Assembly: GCA_963675595.2 (NCBI GenBank)
Contig: CAXXLZ010000001.1
Location: 352,001 to 416,000, forward strand
DNA from: Thermodesulfobacteriota bacterium
GTDB taxonomy: Bacteria; Desulfobacterota; Desulfarculia; JACQYL01
Direction of reading: 5' to 3'
DNA length: 64,000 nt
Shown piece by piece: positions 20,108 through 29,068 of the stretch (positions are counted from its first letter, which is position 1; each line of letters begins with the position of its first letter). The notes under the pieces were generated by a model. That model did no database searches, was not told the origin of the DNA, and saw nothing but the letters and a program-made list of their open reading frames with translations. The position numbers and the translations under genes are program-made.

Positions 20108-20508
20108 CTTCATAACGATGGTGCTGTTCAATAGGGACATTCCTTTGTTCCATAGGCGTGGGAGCGTCCTTACGTACCCTTCATCATGTTCCTATCTTCG
20201 GAGGGGTTTGCCCGACCGCGTCACCACGTCCGCTTCTCGATTATCCCGACACCTTACATTCTCTTTTCCTCCTCGGCGGCCCCCACTTTCGGTCTCGGGA
20301 TCAGAGAGATCGCCCGGTTCGGAACGGCGACCCGTTCCATGTCCCCGGAGACTTGGTTATACGCAACGAGAAGAGTCCACGAGAGACGTTCTTGAGGGAT
20401 CGGAGCGACCAATACGTTCCCGCTGAATTCGGTTGAATTCGGAAAGGCTGCGTGATAGTTCTTAGTTGGATAAGCGGGCTCCGCTAACGGCAATCCCTGA
20501 GGTTCCAT

Positions 20509-20883
20509 ATGACGGACGAAAGCAGCGCAAACCGCAGAACGAGGATTCGCACCAACTTTCTGGGAGTGGTCCGAATCTCTTCGGATGAGTGGGGAACGGA
20601 GACGGCGGAATGCGAGAACCTGAGCTTGAGGGGTGTGTTCGCTAAGTATTACGGGCGGTTGAGACCCGGAGATCTTTGCCGGGTGGAGATCGTGCTCTCC
20701 GATGCCGAAAGTTCCGGTGGAATCGTGGCCCGAGGTCGTGTGGCACGAAGGACGGAAGAAGGCTTGGGCGTAGAGTTCCTGGAAATGGAGCCCGAAAGCT
20801 TCATTCATCTCGAACGACTGCTCGAATGGAATAGCGACGATGCCGACAAGATAGCCGAGGAGCTGACTAATCCCGCGTTTTGA
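20509..20883 (+). CDS. PilZ-domain protein
   Basis: RRTRIR (RxxxR) and NLSLRG (D/NxSxxG) c-di-GMP motifs; GLGVEF. Confidence 0.88.
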   Translation: MTDESSANRRTRIRTNFLGVVRISSDEWGTETAECENLSLRGVFAKYYGRLRPGDLCRVEIVLSDAESSGGIVARGRVARRTEEGLGVEFLEMEPESFIHLERLLEWNSDDADKIAEELTNPAF

Positions 20884-20952
20884 GAGGGCGTCACGCCGCA
20901 ATGAGCGTAGGGGCGGGTCGGTTCCGGCTTGAATAGGGATCGGAGAGGCTGC

Positions 20953-21432
20953 ATGAAGAGCATCGTAGGCATCGCGGACATGGCTGTGTCCAATGACCCG
21001 TCCGACGTTCTGGTTACGTTTTCGTTGGGTTCTTGTATTGGTGTTGCGATTTATGACCCGGTGGCCAAAGTGGGGGGGCTCCTCCACTATATGCTGCCGG
21101 AGAAGAAGTTGGATCCGGAAAAGGCGAGCAGGAAACCCTGCATGTTCGCCGATTCGGGAGTTCCGTTTCTGTTTCGCCAGGCTTACGAACTCGGCGCACA
21201 GAAGAACCGCATCATCGTCAAGGTCGCGGGCGGCGCACAGATTTTGGACGACAGCGGATACTTCAATATCGGCAAGCGCAATTATGCGATGCTCAGGAAG
21301 CTGCTCTGGCGAAACAATGTGATGATCACGAGCGAGCACGTGGGAGGCAACGTCAACCGGACCATGTACCTGCATGTCCAAGACGGCAGGGTCTGGCTCA
21401 AGGTATCCGGAAAAGAAGAGGTGGAACTATGA
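20953..21432 (+). CDS. cheD: CheD-family glutamine deamidase
   Basis: VGIADM, SLGSCIG, GGLLHYMLP, KVAGGA, IGKRN, HVGG. Confidence 0.92.
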   Translation: MKSIVGIADMAVSNDPSDVLVTFSLGSCIGVAIYDPVAKVGGLLHYMLPEKKLDPEKASRKPCMFADSGVPFLFRQAYELGAQKNRIIVKVAGGAQILDDSGYFNIGKRNYAMLRKLLWRNNVMITSEHVGGNVNRTMYLHVQDGRVWLKVSGKEEVEL

Positions 21433-22280
21433 AGGATACGCAAACCATCCTGAAGTCCATCGACGCCCTTCCTCCTTTTCCTCAGATCGCTCGGAAGGCT
21501 CTGGCCGTGCTCAGCGATCCGGACTATTCGGCTCCTGAAGTGGTTCGACTTATTGAACTCGATCCGTCCATTACCGCCGAAGTCTTGAGACTGTGCAATT
21601 CCTCTTATTTCGGTTTGGTCCGCAAGGTGGGGTCCGTACGTCAGGCGGTGGCCGTGTTGGGTCAGAAAAGCCTGATCCAGCTGATCATGACTTCAAGTAG
21701 TCTACGCTTTTTCAAACGCGACAGTGATGGTTATGAAGTAAAGGGAGTGGAGCTGTGGCGCCATTCCGTGGCTTGCGCCATCATGTGCCATATCCTGCTC
21801 TCCAGGGTGGGACTGACACTGGAACATGACGTTTTCACCACCGGTTTGTTACACGACATCGGTAAGATGGTGTTGAGTCGATTCGTGAAGGAGGAGTTGG
21901 GTAAAATCCGACACCTTGTTGAAGAAGATAATTACAGCTTTTTGGAGGCCGAAAAAGAAGTCCTCGGTATGGACCACGCGGAGTTGGGCGCCGCCGTGGT
22001 TGAACGATGGAATTTTCCGGAAGAAATATGCCGTGCCATCCGTTTTCATCATACTCCCCAAAAGGCTCTTCCTGATGATCTGCTGACCCATGTCGTCTAC
22101 CTGGCGAACATCACCTGCCTGCTGGCGGGGGAAGGGGGCAGCGGTGTCGACGGGTTGCGGTACCGGGGGCATTCCGAAGCCATTCTTAGGCTGAACCTGA
22201 AAGCCAAAGATATTCAGAGCAATTTGATTCTTCTTGAAGAAGAGATGAGAAAGACCGAAGAGCTCATCCGACTGGGCTGA
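21429..22280 (+). CDS. HDOD-domain protein
   Basis: LPPFP, DPSITAEVLRLCNS, LWRHS, GLLHDIGK, DHAELG, WNFP. Confidence 0.93.
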   Translation: MKDTQTILKSIDALPPFPQIARKALAVLSDPDYSAPEVVRLIELDPSITAEVLRLCNSSYFGLVRKVGSVRQAVAVLGQKSLIQLIMTSSSLRFFKRDSDGYEVKGVELWRHSVACAIMCHILLSRVGLTLEHDVFTTGLLHDIGKMVLSRFVKEELGKIRHLVEEDNYSFLEAEKEVLGMDHAELGAAVVERWNFPEEICRAIRFHHTPQKALPDDLLTHVVYLANITCLLAGEGGSGVDGLRYRGHSEAILRLNLKAKDIQSNLILLEEEMRKTEELIRLG

Positions 22281-22292
22281 GGGAGAAGACGG

Positions 22293-22715
22293 ATGCCGAT
22301 CAACGTGCTGCTCGTAGATGATTCGAAAGCCATGCGTTCCGCCATAAAAAAGATGATCCACATTTCCGGGATTGATGTCGGAGAGTTCTTTGAAGCATCC
22401 AACGGCAAGGAAGCATTGGCTCTGTTGGTGGACGAGTGGATCGATGTGATTCTGACCGACATACACATGCCTGAGATGGATGGACTGGCATTGCTGGATT
22501 CGGTGGGACGGGACGAAGTCTTAAAAAGAATTCCGGTGATCGTCATTACGACGGAAGGGCGGGAAGAGAGAATCCAGGAGGCGTTCGGTAAAGGTGCAAA
22601 AGGATACATTAAGAAGCCCTTTACGCCTGAGCAGTTCAAACAGACCGTCACGGAGGTCATAGGGGAAGAGTATGCCGTCGACGCTCAAGCAGATCTTGAA
22701 GGAAGTGACTTTTGA
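22293..22715 (+). CDS. Single-domain CheY-like response regulator
   Basis: LLVDDS, TDIHMPEMDG, ITT, KPFT. Confidence 0.92.
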   Translation: MPINVLLVDDSKAMRSAIKKMIHISGIDVGEFFEASNGKEALALLVDEWIDVILTDIHMPEMDGLALLDSVGRDEVLKRIPVIVITTEGREERIQEAFGKGAKGYIKKPFTPEQFKQTVTEVIGEEYAVDAQADLEGSDF

Positions 22716-23133
22716 AATCCTTGAGACCATGTTTTTTGCCTTGCCCGAGCCTTTGCCCGATGACGGAGGGTTGCTCCCCGGGCTGGTGTTCGATCTACGG
22801 GCCTCGGTAGCGTTGGGCGGACGCCAAAACCTGGCCTTGAACCTGTTCCTCCCCAAGCCCCTCGCCGCCGATCTGACGGCGAGTTTCCTCGGCCTGGAAC
22901 CCGACGAGATCGATGACGGCGCCGTGTCCGACATGGCCAAAGAGATGATCAACATGGTCGCCGGGAATCTCCTGAATCGCATAGGCGAACAGGCCGGTTT
23001 CGAAATGGGCATCCCTCAGGCCGTTTTCGGAAAACGGACTCTTACGCAGGAAACCCTGGCGGAAAACAAAAACGTGTTTATTTGCGTGGACGACCAGTTT
23101 CTGATGCTTTCCTTTTCAAGAGAAGATGGGTAA
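22672..23133 (+). CDS. cheX: CheX/CheC-like phosphatase-domain protein
   Basis: LETMFF, EMINMVAGN (ExxN) motif, GIP. Confidence 0.75.
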   Translation: MPSTLKQILKEVTFEILETMFFALPEPLPDDGGLLPGLVFDLRASVALGGRQNLALNLFLPKPLAADLTASFLGLEPDEIDDGAVSDMAKEMINMVAGNLLNRIGEQAGFEMGIPQAVFGKRTLTQETLAENKNVFICVDDQFLMLSFSREDG

Positions 23134-23636
23134 TGGCCGGGGAAGTCGAGCTCTTCGAATACTTCCTGAAACCGGGGTATATCTTCGTATATCGGGAACC
23201 CACGGCGATTTATACGGTGCTGGGTTCCTGTGTGTCCATCTGCCTTTACGACAAAGAGCTTCAATTCGGCGGAATGAATCACTTCCTTTTCCCCAAGACT
23301 CAAGACGCTCGAGAGAGAACTCCCAAATATGGAAATGTGGCGGTGAGCTACCTGATTACACTGATGCTGGAGCAGGGAGGCAATATTGACAATCTGGTGG
23401 CTCAGATTTTCGGAGGCGCCCACCGTGGGGGAACCAATGAGCGGAACGTGGGGATGGAGAACATCGAAGTGGCTCAATCCATTCTAGAGAAGGCCGGAAT
23501 TCCCGTTATGTCCCAAGACGTGGGAGGGGCAATGGGGAGGAAGGTTATATACAGCTCCATGACCAACGAGGCCGTGGTTTACAAAGTGGAATCCATCCGC
23601 CGGGGAGACTGGTTTCCGTACACGGATCAGCGATAG
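23133..23636 (+). CDS. cheD: Second CheD-family deamidase
   Basis: YFLKPG, TVLGSCVS, GGMNHFLFP, FGGA, DVGG..GRK. Confidence 0.9.
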   Translation: MAGEVELFEYFLKPGYIFVYREPTAIYTVLGSCVSICLYDKELQFGGMNHFLFPKTQDARERTPKYGNVAVSYLITLMLEQGGNIDNLVAQIFGGAHRGGTNERNVGMENIEVAQSILEKAGIPVMSQDVGGAMGRKVIYSSMTNEAVVYKVESIRRGDWFPYTDQR

Positions 23637-23915
23637 AGGAAAACCCCCGGCCTTGTTCGGTTTCCGGTTTCAAAGCCGAAGACGGAGTTCAATCGAAGAG
23701 CATCCCGAGGCGGAATTAACCTCAAGATCAGAGTATCGGAGGGGCGCTTCCACCAAAGATTTTGAGTGTCCGGCATTTGGACTTTCGGCGCATGAACCGA
23801 CGGACCGGGCTCTGCTTCGGTCTCGGGGTTCGAGATAGCGGTGATTCGCGCTCCGGAACCGGTCCGGCTCCGCCAAGAGAGTATCACCAATACGTGCGGG
23901 CGAGTCCCGCCGTTT

Positions 23916-24161
23916 TCATGCGTTGCCCTGAGAGGATCGATCTTCCTTGAGCCGATAGGTGATGATGCCGTGGCTCACGTCGTACGGGGAGATGGAAACC
24001 TTGACCCGGTCACCCACCATGATTTTGATCTTGTGCTTTTTCATGCGTCCGGCCATCTTTGCCTGAATCGTATGTCCCTCCTGACATTTGATCTCGAAGT
24101 TGCCGAACCCCAGGGAACGGGTGATGTGTCCCTCCGTCTGGATTAGATCGTCTCTGGCCAA
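23916..24161 (-). CDS. infA: Translation initiation factor IF-1, divergent copy
   Basis: TTG start after AAAGGAG; GRMKKHKIKIMVGDRVKVSISPYD...GIITYR. Confidence 0.85.
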   Translation of the reverse strand: MARDDLIQTEGHITRSLGFGNFEIKCQEGHTIQAKMAGRMKKHKIKIMVGDRVKVSISPYDVSHGIITYRLKEDRSSQGNA

Positions 24162-24705
24162 AGTGTCTCCTTTGCATAATGGTTTTCGATTCCCCGACCC
24201 GAACGTCGTGCACATCTCCACGCAGGAACAAGGCGCCGGAAGAGGCGTTTTCCCTTCGTACAAATTCCCGGCGCGAAGCAACCGCCGGGAGACTGCTTCC
24301 AAGAAGGAAACCCGGGCAAAGCGGTGTGAGATCGAACCTTTTCTATAAACATCTTGTACTCCAAAGTCAACCGTGCAACAGGACCCTCGGGTGGGGCATG
24401 CCCGGATAATCGATTTATGGAATGAAGTACGAATTCATCGGGAACCAAACCTATCGCCTCTCCCGAAAGTCTAAGCAAGACGAACTTCGGTAGCCGTCGA
24501 TAACCCTCGGTTGCCAAGGGCCGTGGGGGACGGAGGCGATTCGTGCAATTCGGATGCGTAGTCTTCCGGAGACAGGCTGACCGTGGACGATAAGTAACGT
24601 ATCGCGTTGAGCTTTCATTGTATTTTTCATAATATCCTTTTCGGGGGTCGTGGCTCCCGCCTGGGTCGGACGACTATTCCGCTGTCTTTGGATGGGACGT
24701 CCGTT

Positions 24706-26589
24706 ATGGACGTGAATTCAAGCGAAGGACGGTATCGGGAAGATATTTTGCGGATTGAACGGGAAACAAAGAAGAGTCGAGTTTGGGTGGAGAAGAGGCT
24801 GCGCTCAAAAAGAAGGCGAAGTCGGCTTACCGCGCTGGCCCTTATTCTATTCCTGGCGGCGGTCTATTTGGGCACGGCCTATTGGAGAGATTTCTTTCCA
24901 TTCGCCGATTACCGGGAAACTTCTCTCATCGCGGTAGAATTCGAGGTCAACGGAGCCCCCGTCAAAGTGGCAGCGGGTGAATTGTTGCGTGTGAAGACAT
25001 CGGACTCGTTGAAGCTTGTGAACATCGACACCACTGCGGTCTTTGACTGGAGTCTGGATTTCGAGTCCGATGTGTTTTCCAGGGACATTCTGCTCAACGG
25101 AGGAAGAGTGGATGAAGCCATGGGAGATACCTCCTGGATGTTGGACGGAACGCGCCCCATCAGGGTCACCTACAAAGGAAACCGGATAGGCCGGGTGGAT
25201 CTGGCGGTGGTGGCGGATGAAACGTACTGGTGGCTGCGAGCTGAAAGAGTTTCGGAGCCCAAAGACAAGATCATCATGATCGAAAAGGTGTTGGAGCTGG
25301 ATCCGTCGTCGGAATCGGCGCACGAATCTCTGGCCGAGCTTTACGAGAAGACCGGTGAATGGTTGAAGGCTGCGGAGCATTACGAGTGGCTGGCCCAAAG
25401 AGATCCAAAACCGTTGTTTATCTCCAAGCTGATCGATTTATTCCGGAAGAACGGATCATCCAAACAGCAAGCGGCTGGGTATGAGAGAATCGCGGCGCTG
25501 GATCCTTCGGTGGAGAACCTGATTCTTGCGGCAAGGACTCTGGAAGAGAATGCGCAGATGAGCCGTGCCGTGCCCTATTATGAAAAGGCGCTGAGTTTGT
25601 TGCCGGATCCTGAGCGTGCGGCGGTGCGCAAGAAGCTCGGATACTATTTCGTGCAGACCGGCGACCTCGCAAGCGCGGTGACCCAATATGAAGCCGCGGC
25701 CCAACTGGACTCCACGGACCCGAATGTGTTCTACAACTTGGGAACGCTTTATCAGCGAACGAAACAACCCCGAAAGGCCATCGGAGCCCTGGAAAAAGCG
25801 GATGCGCTAAGACCGGGGGATCGCGACACCGTGGCGTTGCTGGTCGAGCAATACGCCGCAGTTGGAGAATATTCCAAGCTGGTCCCATATGTCACTGACC
25901 TGCTGAAGTCGGAACCTGAAAACACGTCGTACCGATTGATGTTGGTGCGGGCCTATCGGGAACTGGACGACAAGGATGCATTGATCGATCAGTACGAAGC
26001 ACTTTGTCGCCTGTCCCCGGACAACTCGGAAGTATTCTTTGATCTCGGCGTGCTTTATTTCGACCGAAGGGACTACAATAAAAGTGAAAGAAACCTGAAA
26101 CGCGCCGCTGAATTAAATCCCGGTCATCCTGAAGTCCACCGGTATCTTTATGTAATTTATAAGAGGACGGGAAAGAGGAATCAGGCCATAAAGGAAGCGG
26201 AGAGGCATCTCGAGATCGACGCAACGGAGCGGAGCCTTTATGATTATCTTTTCCGTGAGTTGAAAGACCGAGACCCGGAGGCCCTGAAAGTGGTGCTCCA
26301 GGAGGGAGTGAAGGCCCTTCCCGATGACGGAAAGCTCAGAGAGTACTTGGGCTTCGTTTATCTGAAGGAACAGAACGTACCATACGCCATCGCGCAGTTC
26401 GAGCAAGCCAGACAACTGAGTCCGAACGATATCTCTTTACTGTACCAGCTGGCCAAACTTTATGAAACGTCGGGTCAACCGGAAACGGCCTTGAAGTATT
26501 ATGAGAGGGTGATTAAGATAGATAATGAATATCGTGATGCGGAGGCGTCTTTTTTGAGATTGCGCTATTCACGCATGAAGGGTAAGTGA
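24706..26589 (+). CDS. Membrane-anchored tetratricopeptide-repeat protein
   Basis: Single N-terminal TM helix followed by many TPR-like units (YNLG..Y, A..LDP). Confidence 0.85.
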   Translation: MDVNSSEGRYREDILRIERETKKSRVWVEKRLRSKRRRSRLTALALILFLAAVYLGTAYWRDFFPFADYRETSLIAVEFEVNGAPVKVAAGELLRVKTSDSLKLVNIDTTAVFDWSLDFESDVFSRDILLNGGRVDEAMGDTSWMLDGTRPIRVTYKGNRIGRVDLAVVADETYWWLRAERVSEPKDKIIMIEKVLELDPSSESAHESLAELYEKTGEWLKAAEHYEWLAQRDPKPLFISKLIDLFRKNGSSKQQAAGYERIAALDPSVENLILAARTLEENAQMSRAVPYYEKALSLLPDPERAAVRKKLGYYFVQTGDLASAVTQYEAAAQLDSTDPNVFYNLGTLYQRTKQPRKAIGALEKADALRPGDRDTVALLVEQYAAVGEYSKLVPYVTDLLKSEPENTSYRLMLVRAYRELDDKDALIDQYEALCRLSPDNSEVFFDLGVLYFDRRDYNKSERNLKRAAELNPGHPEVHRYLYVIYKRTGKRNQAIKEAERHLEIDATERSLYDYLFRELKDRDPEALKVVLQEGVKALPDDGKLREYLGFVYLKEQNVPYAIAQFEQARQLSPNDISLLYQLAKLYETSGQPETALKYYERVIKIDNEYRDAEASFLRLRYSRMKGK

Positions 26590-26708
26590 GATATATCTGA
26601 AGGATGGTCGGGACTTATAGGTGATTTGTTGATTTGCGAAGGTGATCTGATGCGTATTCGTGCGGGGTGGCGCCGTCATGGGTAGAAGTCCGTTAAGGTA
26701 AAAATCAT

Positions 26709-26737
26709 TTGACAACCTCGTGAATTATTGTTATCAG
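26709..26737 (+). promoter_or_regulatory. Possible sigma70 promoter for tRNA-Gly/rimP operon
   Basis: TTGACA, 17 nt, TATCAG with an upstream TG; the -10 is weak. Confidence 0.4.
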
Positions 26738-26746
26738 CGTCGCTGA

Positions 26747-26822
26747 GCGGGTATAGCTCAGTTGGTAGAGTACAAGCTTCCCAAGCTTGGTGTCGCGGGT
26801 TCGAATCCCGTTGCCCGCTCCA
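26747..26822 (+). tRNA. tRNA-Gly (anticodon CCC)
   Basis: 76-nt cloverleaf GCGGGTA...; D-loop AGTTGGTA; anticodon arm CAAGC-TTCCCAA-GCTTG; GGTTCGAATCC; encoded CCA. Confidence 0.97.
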
Positions 26823-26914
26823 GTCCCCTGATGCAGAGTCGGGTTTCTGCAAAAGGCGCTGTTTGCCTCGACGAGTTGAAGTGGAAGTAACTAGGTGGTT
26901 GCTCTGCTACACCG

Positions 26915-26944
26915 AAGTGGGTCGAAACCCGCTTTTTTTATTTT
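26915..26944 (+). terminator. rimP-leader terminator/attenuator hairpin
   Basis: AAGTGGGT-CGAA-ACCCGCTT plus U-tract immediately upstream of rimP, as in the known rimP leader. Confidence 0.75.
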
Positions 26945-26956
26945 CGGGTCCCGTGC

Positions 26957-27427
26957 ATGGAAAGTACGACGGAACAGAAGGTGCGTGACCAAGTCCTCGA
27001 GCTGGTGGAGCCGAGTATTTTGGATGAGGGATGCGCCCTTGTGGACGTCACGTACCGGCGGGAGCCCATCGGGTGGGTCCTGCGGGTCCACGTCGACCGG
27101 GAGGGCGGCGTAACGGTGGACGAATGCGCCCGCATCAGCAGAAGAATCGGTGATCTTATCGAAGCCGAAAACCTGATCCCTCAGAAATATACGCTGGAAG
27201 TCTCTTCTCCCGGTCTGGACCGCGTGCTCAAGACGGAGAGGGAGTTTCGGTGGGCGATGGGTAAGCAAGTTCGCGTCTGGAAGAAACGAACGGAAAAGGG
27301 AGAAGGGGACCTGATCGGCGAATTGGTGCATTATGACGGCGCCGCGCTTACCCTGGATCGCAAGGGAACTGCGATGACGATTCCTTTAGAGCAAGTGTCC
27401 AAAGTGAGAATCTTCGTCGAATTTTAG
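26957..27427 (+). CDS. rimP: Ribosome maturation factor RimP
   Basis: GGVTVDEC, YTLEVSSPGLDR; upstream of nusA. Confidence 0.96.
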   Translation: MESTTEQKVRDQVLELVEPSILDEGCALVDVTYRREPIGWVLRVHVDREGGVTVDECARISRRIGDLIEAENLIPQKYTLEVSSPGLDRVLKTEREFRWAMGKQVRVWKKRTEKGEGDLIGELVHYDGAALTLDRKGTAMTIPLEQVSKVRIFVEF

Positions 27428-27443
27428 TTGGGAAAGGGGTTCT

Positions 27444-28766
27444 TTGGCCATGACCACGGAGCTGAAAAGGACCATTGATCAAATCAGCCGTGACAAAGGC
27501 ATCGATCGAAACATTTTGATCAATACCTTGGAAGAAGCCATCAGATCGGCGGCTCGTAAAAGGTTCGGCAGTCGTTATGACCTTGAAGTGGCCTTCAACG
27601 AAGATCTAGGAGAAGTGGAAGTGTTTCAGTTCCGGGAAGTGGTGGAGGATGTAGTCTCCCCGGAGCTGGAGATGTCCCTGGAAGAAGGTCGCAAACTCGA
27701 CCCGGACTGTGAGGTCGGTGACAGTCTGGGTACAAAGATTGATATGACGGATTTCGGCCGTATTGCCGCCCAGTCGGCCAAGCAGGTCATTATCCAGAGA
27801 ATGAAGGATGCCGAACGGGAAATCGTATACGAGGATTTCAAGGACCGAAAGCGCGAAGTCATTAATGGGATCGTCCAACGGCTCGATCGCTCCGGCGTCG
27901 TGGTCAATTTGGGTCGGGCGGAAGCCTTGCTTCCCTATCACGAACAAATCCCCAGAGAGGTATATCGCCAGGGCGACCGAGTGCGTGCTTATGTGTTGGA
28001 GGTGGACCGGAGCGGTCGAGGTCCCCAGATCATTCTTTCCAGAAGTCATCCCGATTTTCTCAGGGCCTTATTTGAAATCGAAGTGCCCGAGGTGGCGGAG
28101 GGCATTGTTAAGATTATCAGTGTCGCCAGAGAACCCGGCAGCCGATCCAAAATCGCAGTCAGCACGGGGGACGGCGACGTGGATCCCGTGGGAGCCTGTG
28201 TGGGGATGAGAGGGTCCCGCGTTCAGGCCGTGGTTCAGGAGCTGCGCGGTGAAAAGATTGATATTGTTCTGTGGAATCCGGACCCCGCCCGATTCATATG
28301 CAACGCTCTGGCTCCTGCCGAGATTACGCGTGTGGTCATCGACGAATCCAATCGCCTTATGGAGGTGATTGTTCCCGACGATCAATTGTCTCTTGCCATC
28401 GGCAAGCGCGGCCAAAATGTCAGACTCGCCTCCAAACTGAGTGGGTGGAAGATCGACGTCACAAGCGAAAGCCGCTATTCAAAAGTTCTTCGTGAAGGTT
28501 TCGAATCGCTGCTGCGTCTGGAGGGAATTGGAGACGCAGCCGCCGAGGTCCTTCTGGAACACGGCTACTCTTCTGCTGAAGACGTGACCAAGAGTTCCGT
28601 TGAGGAGCTGATGCAGCTTCCCGGTTTCGACCTCGAAAAGGCCACCGAGGTTCTTGAATCCGCTCAAGGCCTCTCTCTGGAAGAGAAACTCTCCCCCTTG
28701 GAAAGCAAGGAGCCCGACACCGGCGACGAGCCGGCGGCCGTCTCAGAGGAAACCGATGAGGCGTGA
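27444..28766 (+). CDS. nusA: Transcription factor NusA
   Basis: FGRIAAQSAKQVI, REPGSRSK, ACVGMRGSRV, AIGKRGQNVRLA. Confidence 0.98.
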   Translation: MAMTTELKRTIDQISRDKGIDRNILINTLEEAIRSAARKRFGSRYDLEVAFNEDLGEVEVFQFREVVEDVVSPELEMSLEEGRKLDPDCEVGDSLGTKIDMTDFGRIAAQSAKQVIIQRMKDAEREIVYEDFKDRKREVINGIVQRLDRSGVVVNLGRAEALLPYHEQIPREVYRQGDRVRAYVLEVDRSGRGPQIILSRSHPDFLRALFEIEVPEVAEGIVKIISVAREPGSRSKIAVSTGDGDVDPVGACVGMRGSRVQAVVQELRGEKIDIVLWNPDPARFICNALAPAEITRVVIDESNRLMEVIVPDDQLSLAIGKRGQNVRLASKLSGWKIDVTSESRYSKVLREGFESLLRLEGIGDAAAEVLLEHGYSSAEDVTKSSVEELMQLPGFDLEKATEVLESAQGLSLEEKLSPLESKEPDTGDEPAAVSEETDEA

Positions 28767-29068
28767 CTCGAGGTCGGATGTCTCCTGAGAAACATAGGGT
28801 GATCCGGACATGCGTCGGATGTGGGGAAAAGAAGGAAAAGCGGACTTTGGTTCGGTTTGTCCGGGACAAGAATGGGGACGTCATTGCTGATAAGAAATTT
28901 AAGCTGCCCGGTAGGGGGGTCTACGTTTGTCCAAGACGGCCCTGTCTTGACCAGGCTTTGAAAAAACAGCGGTTTCAGAAGAGCCTGAAGGCGAACGTTA
29001 ATGTTTCGGATTTCCTGGGGGAATTCGACTTAGGGGGTTTGGTAGATGCCGAAGATCAGAGTGTATGA
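28763..29068 (+). CDS. ylxR: YlxR (DUF448) RNA-binding protein
   Basis: RTCVGC..K.KRTLVRFV, GRGVYVC; between nusA and infB. Confidence 0.9.
   Translation: MTRGRMSPEKHRVIRTCVGCGEKKEKRTLVRFVRDKNGDVIADKKFKLPGRGVYVCPRRPCLDQALKKQRFQKSLKANVNVSDFLGEFDLGGLVDAEDQSV

Noticed and set aside
26747-26822. tRNA-Gly as an island integration site
   Set aside because: No integrase and no duplicated tRNA 3' end noticed in the window
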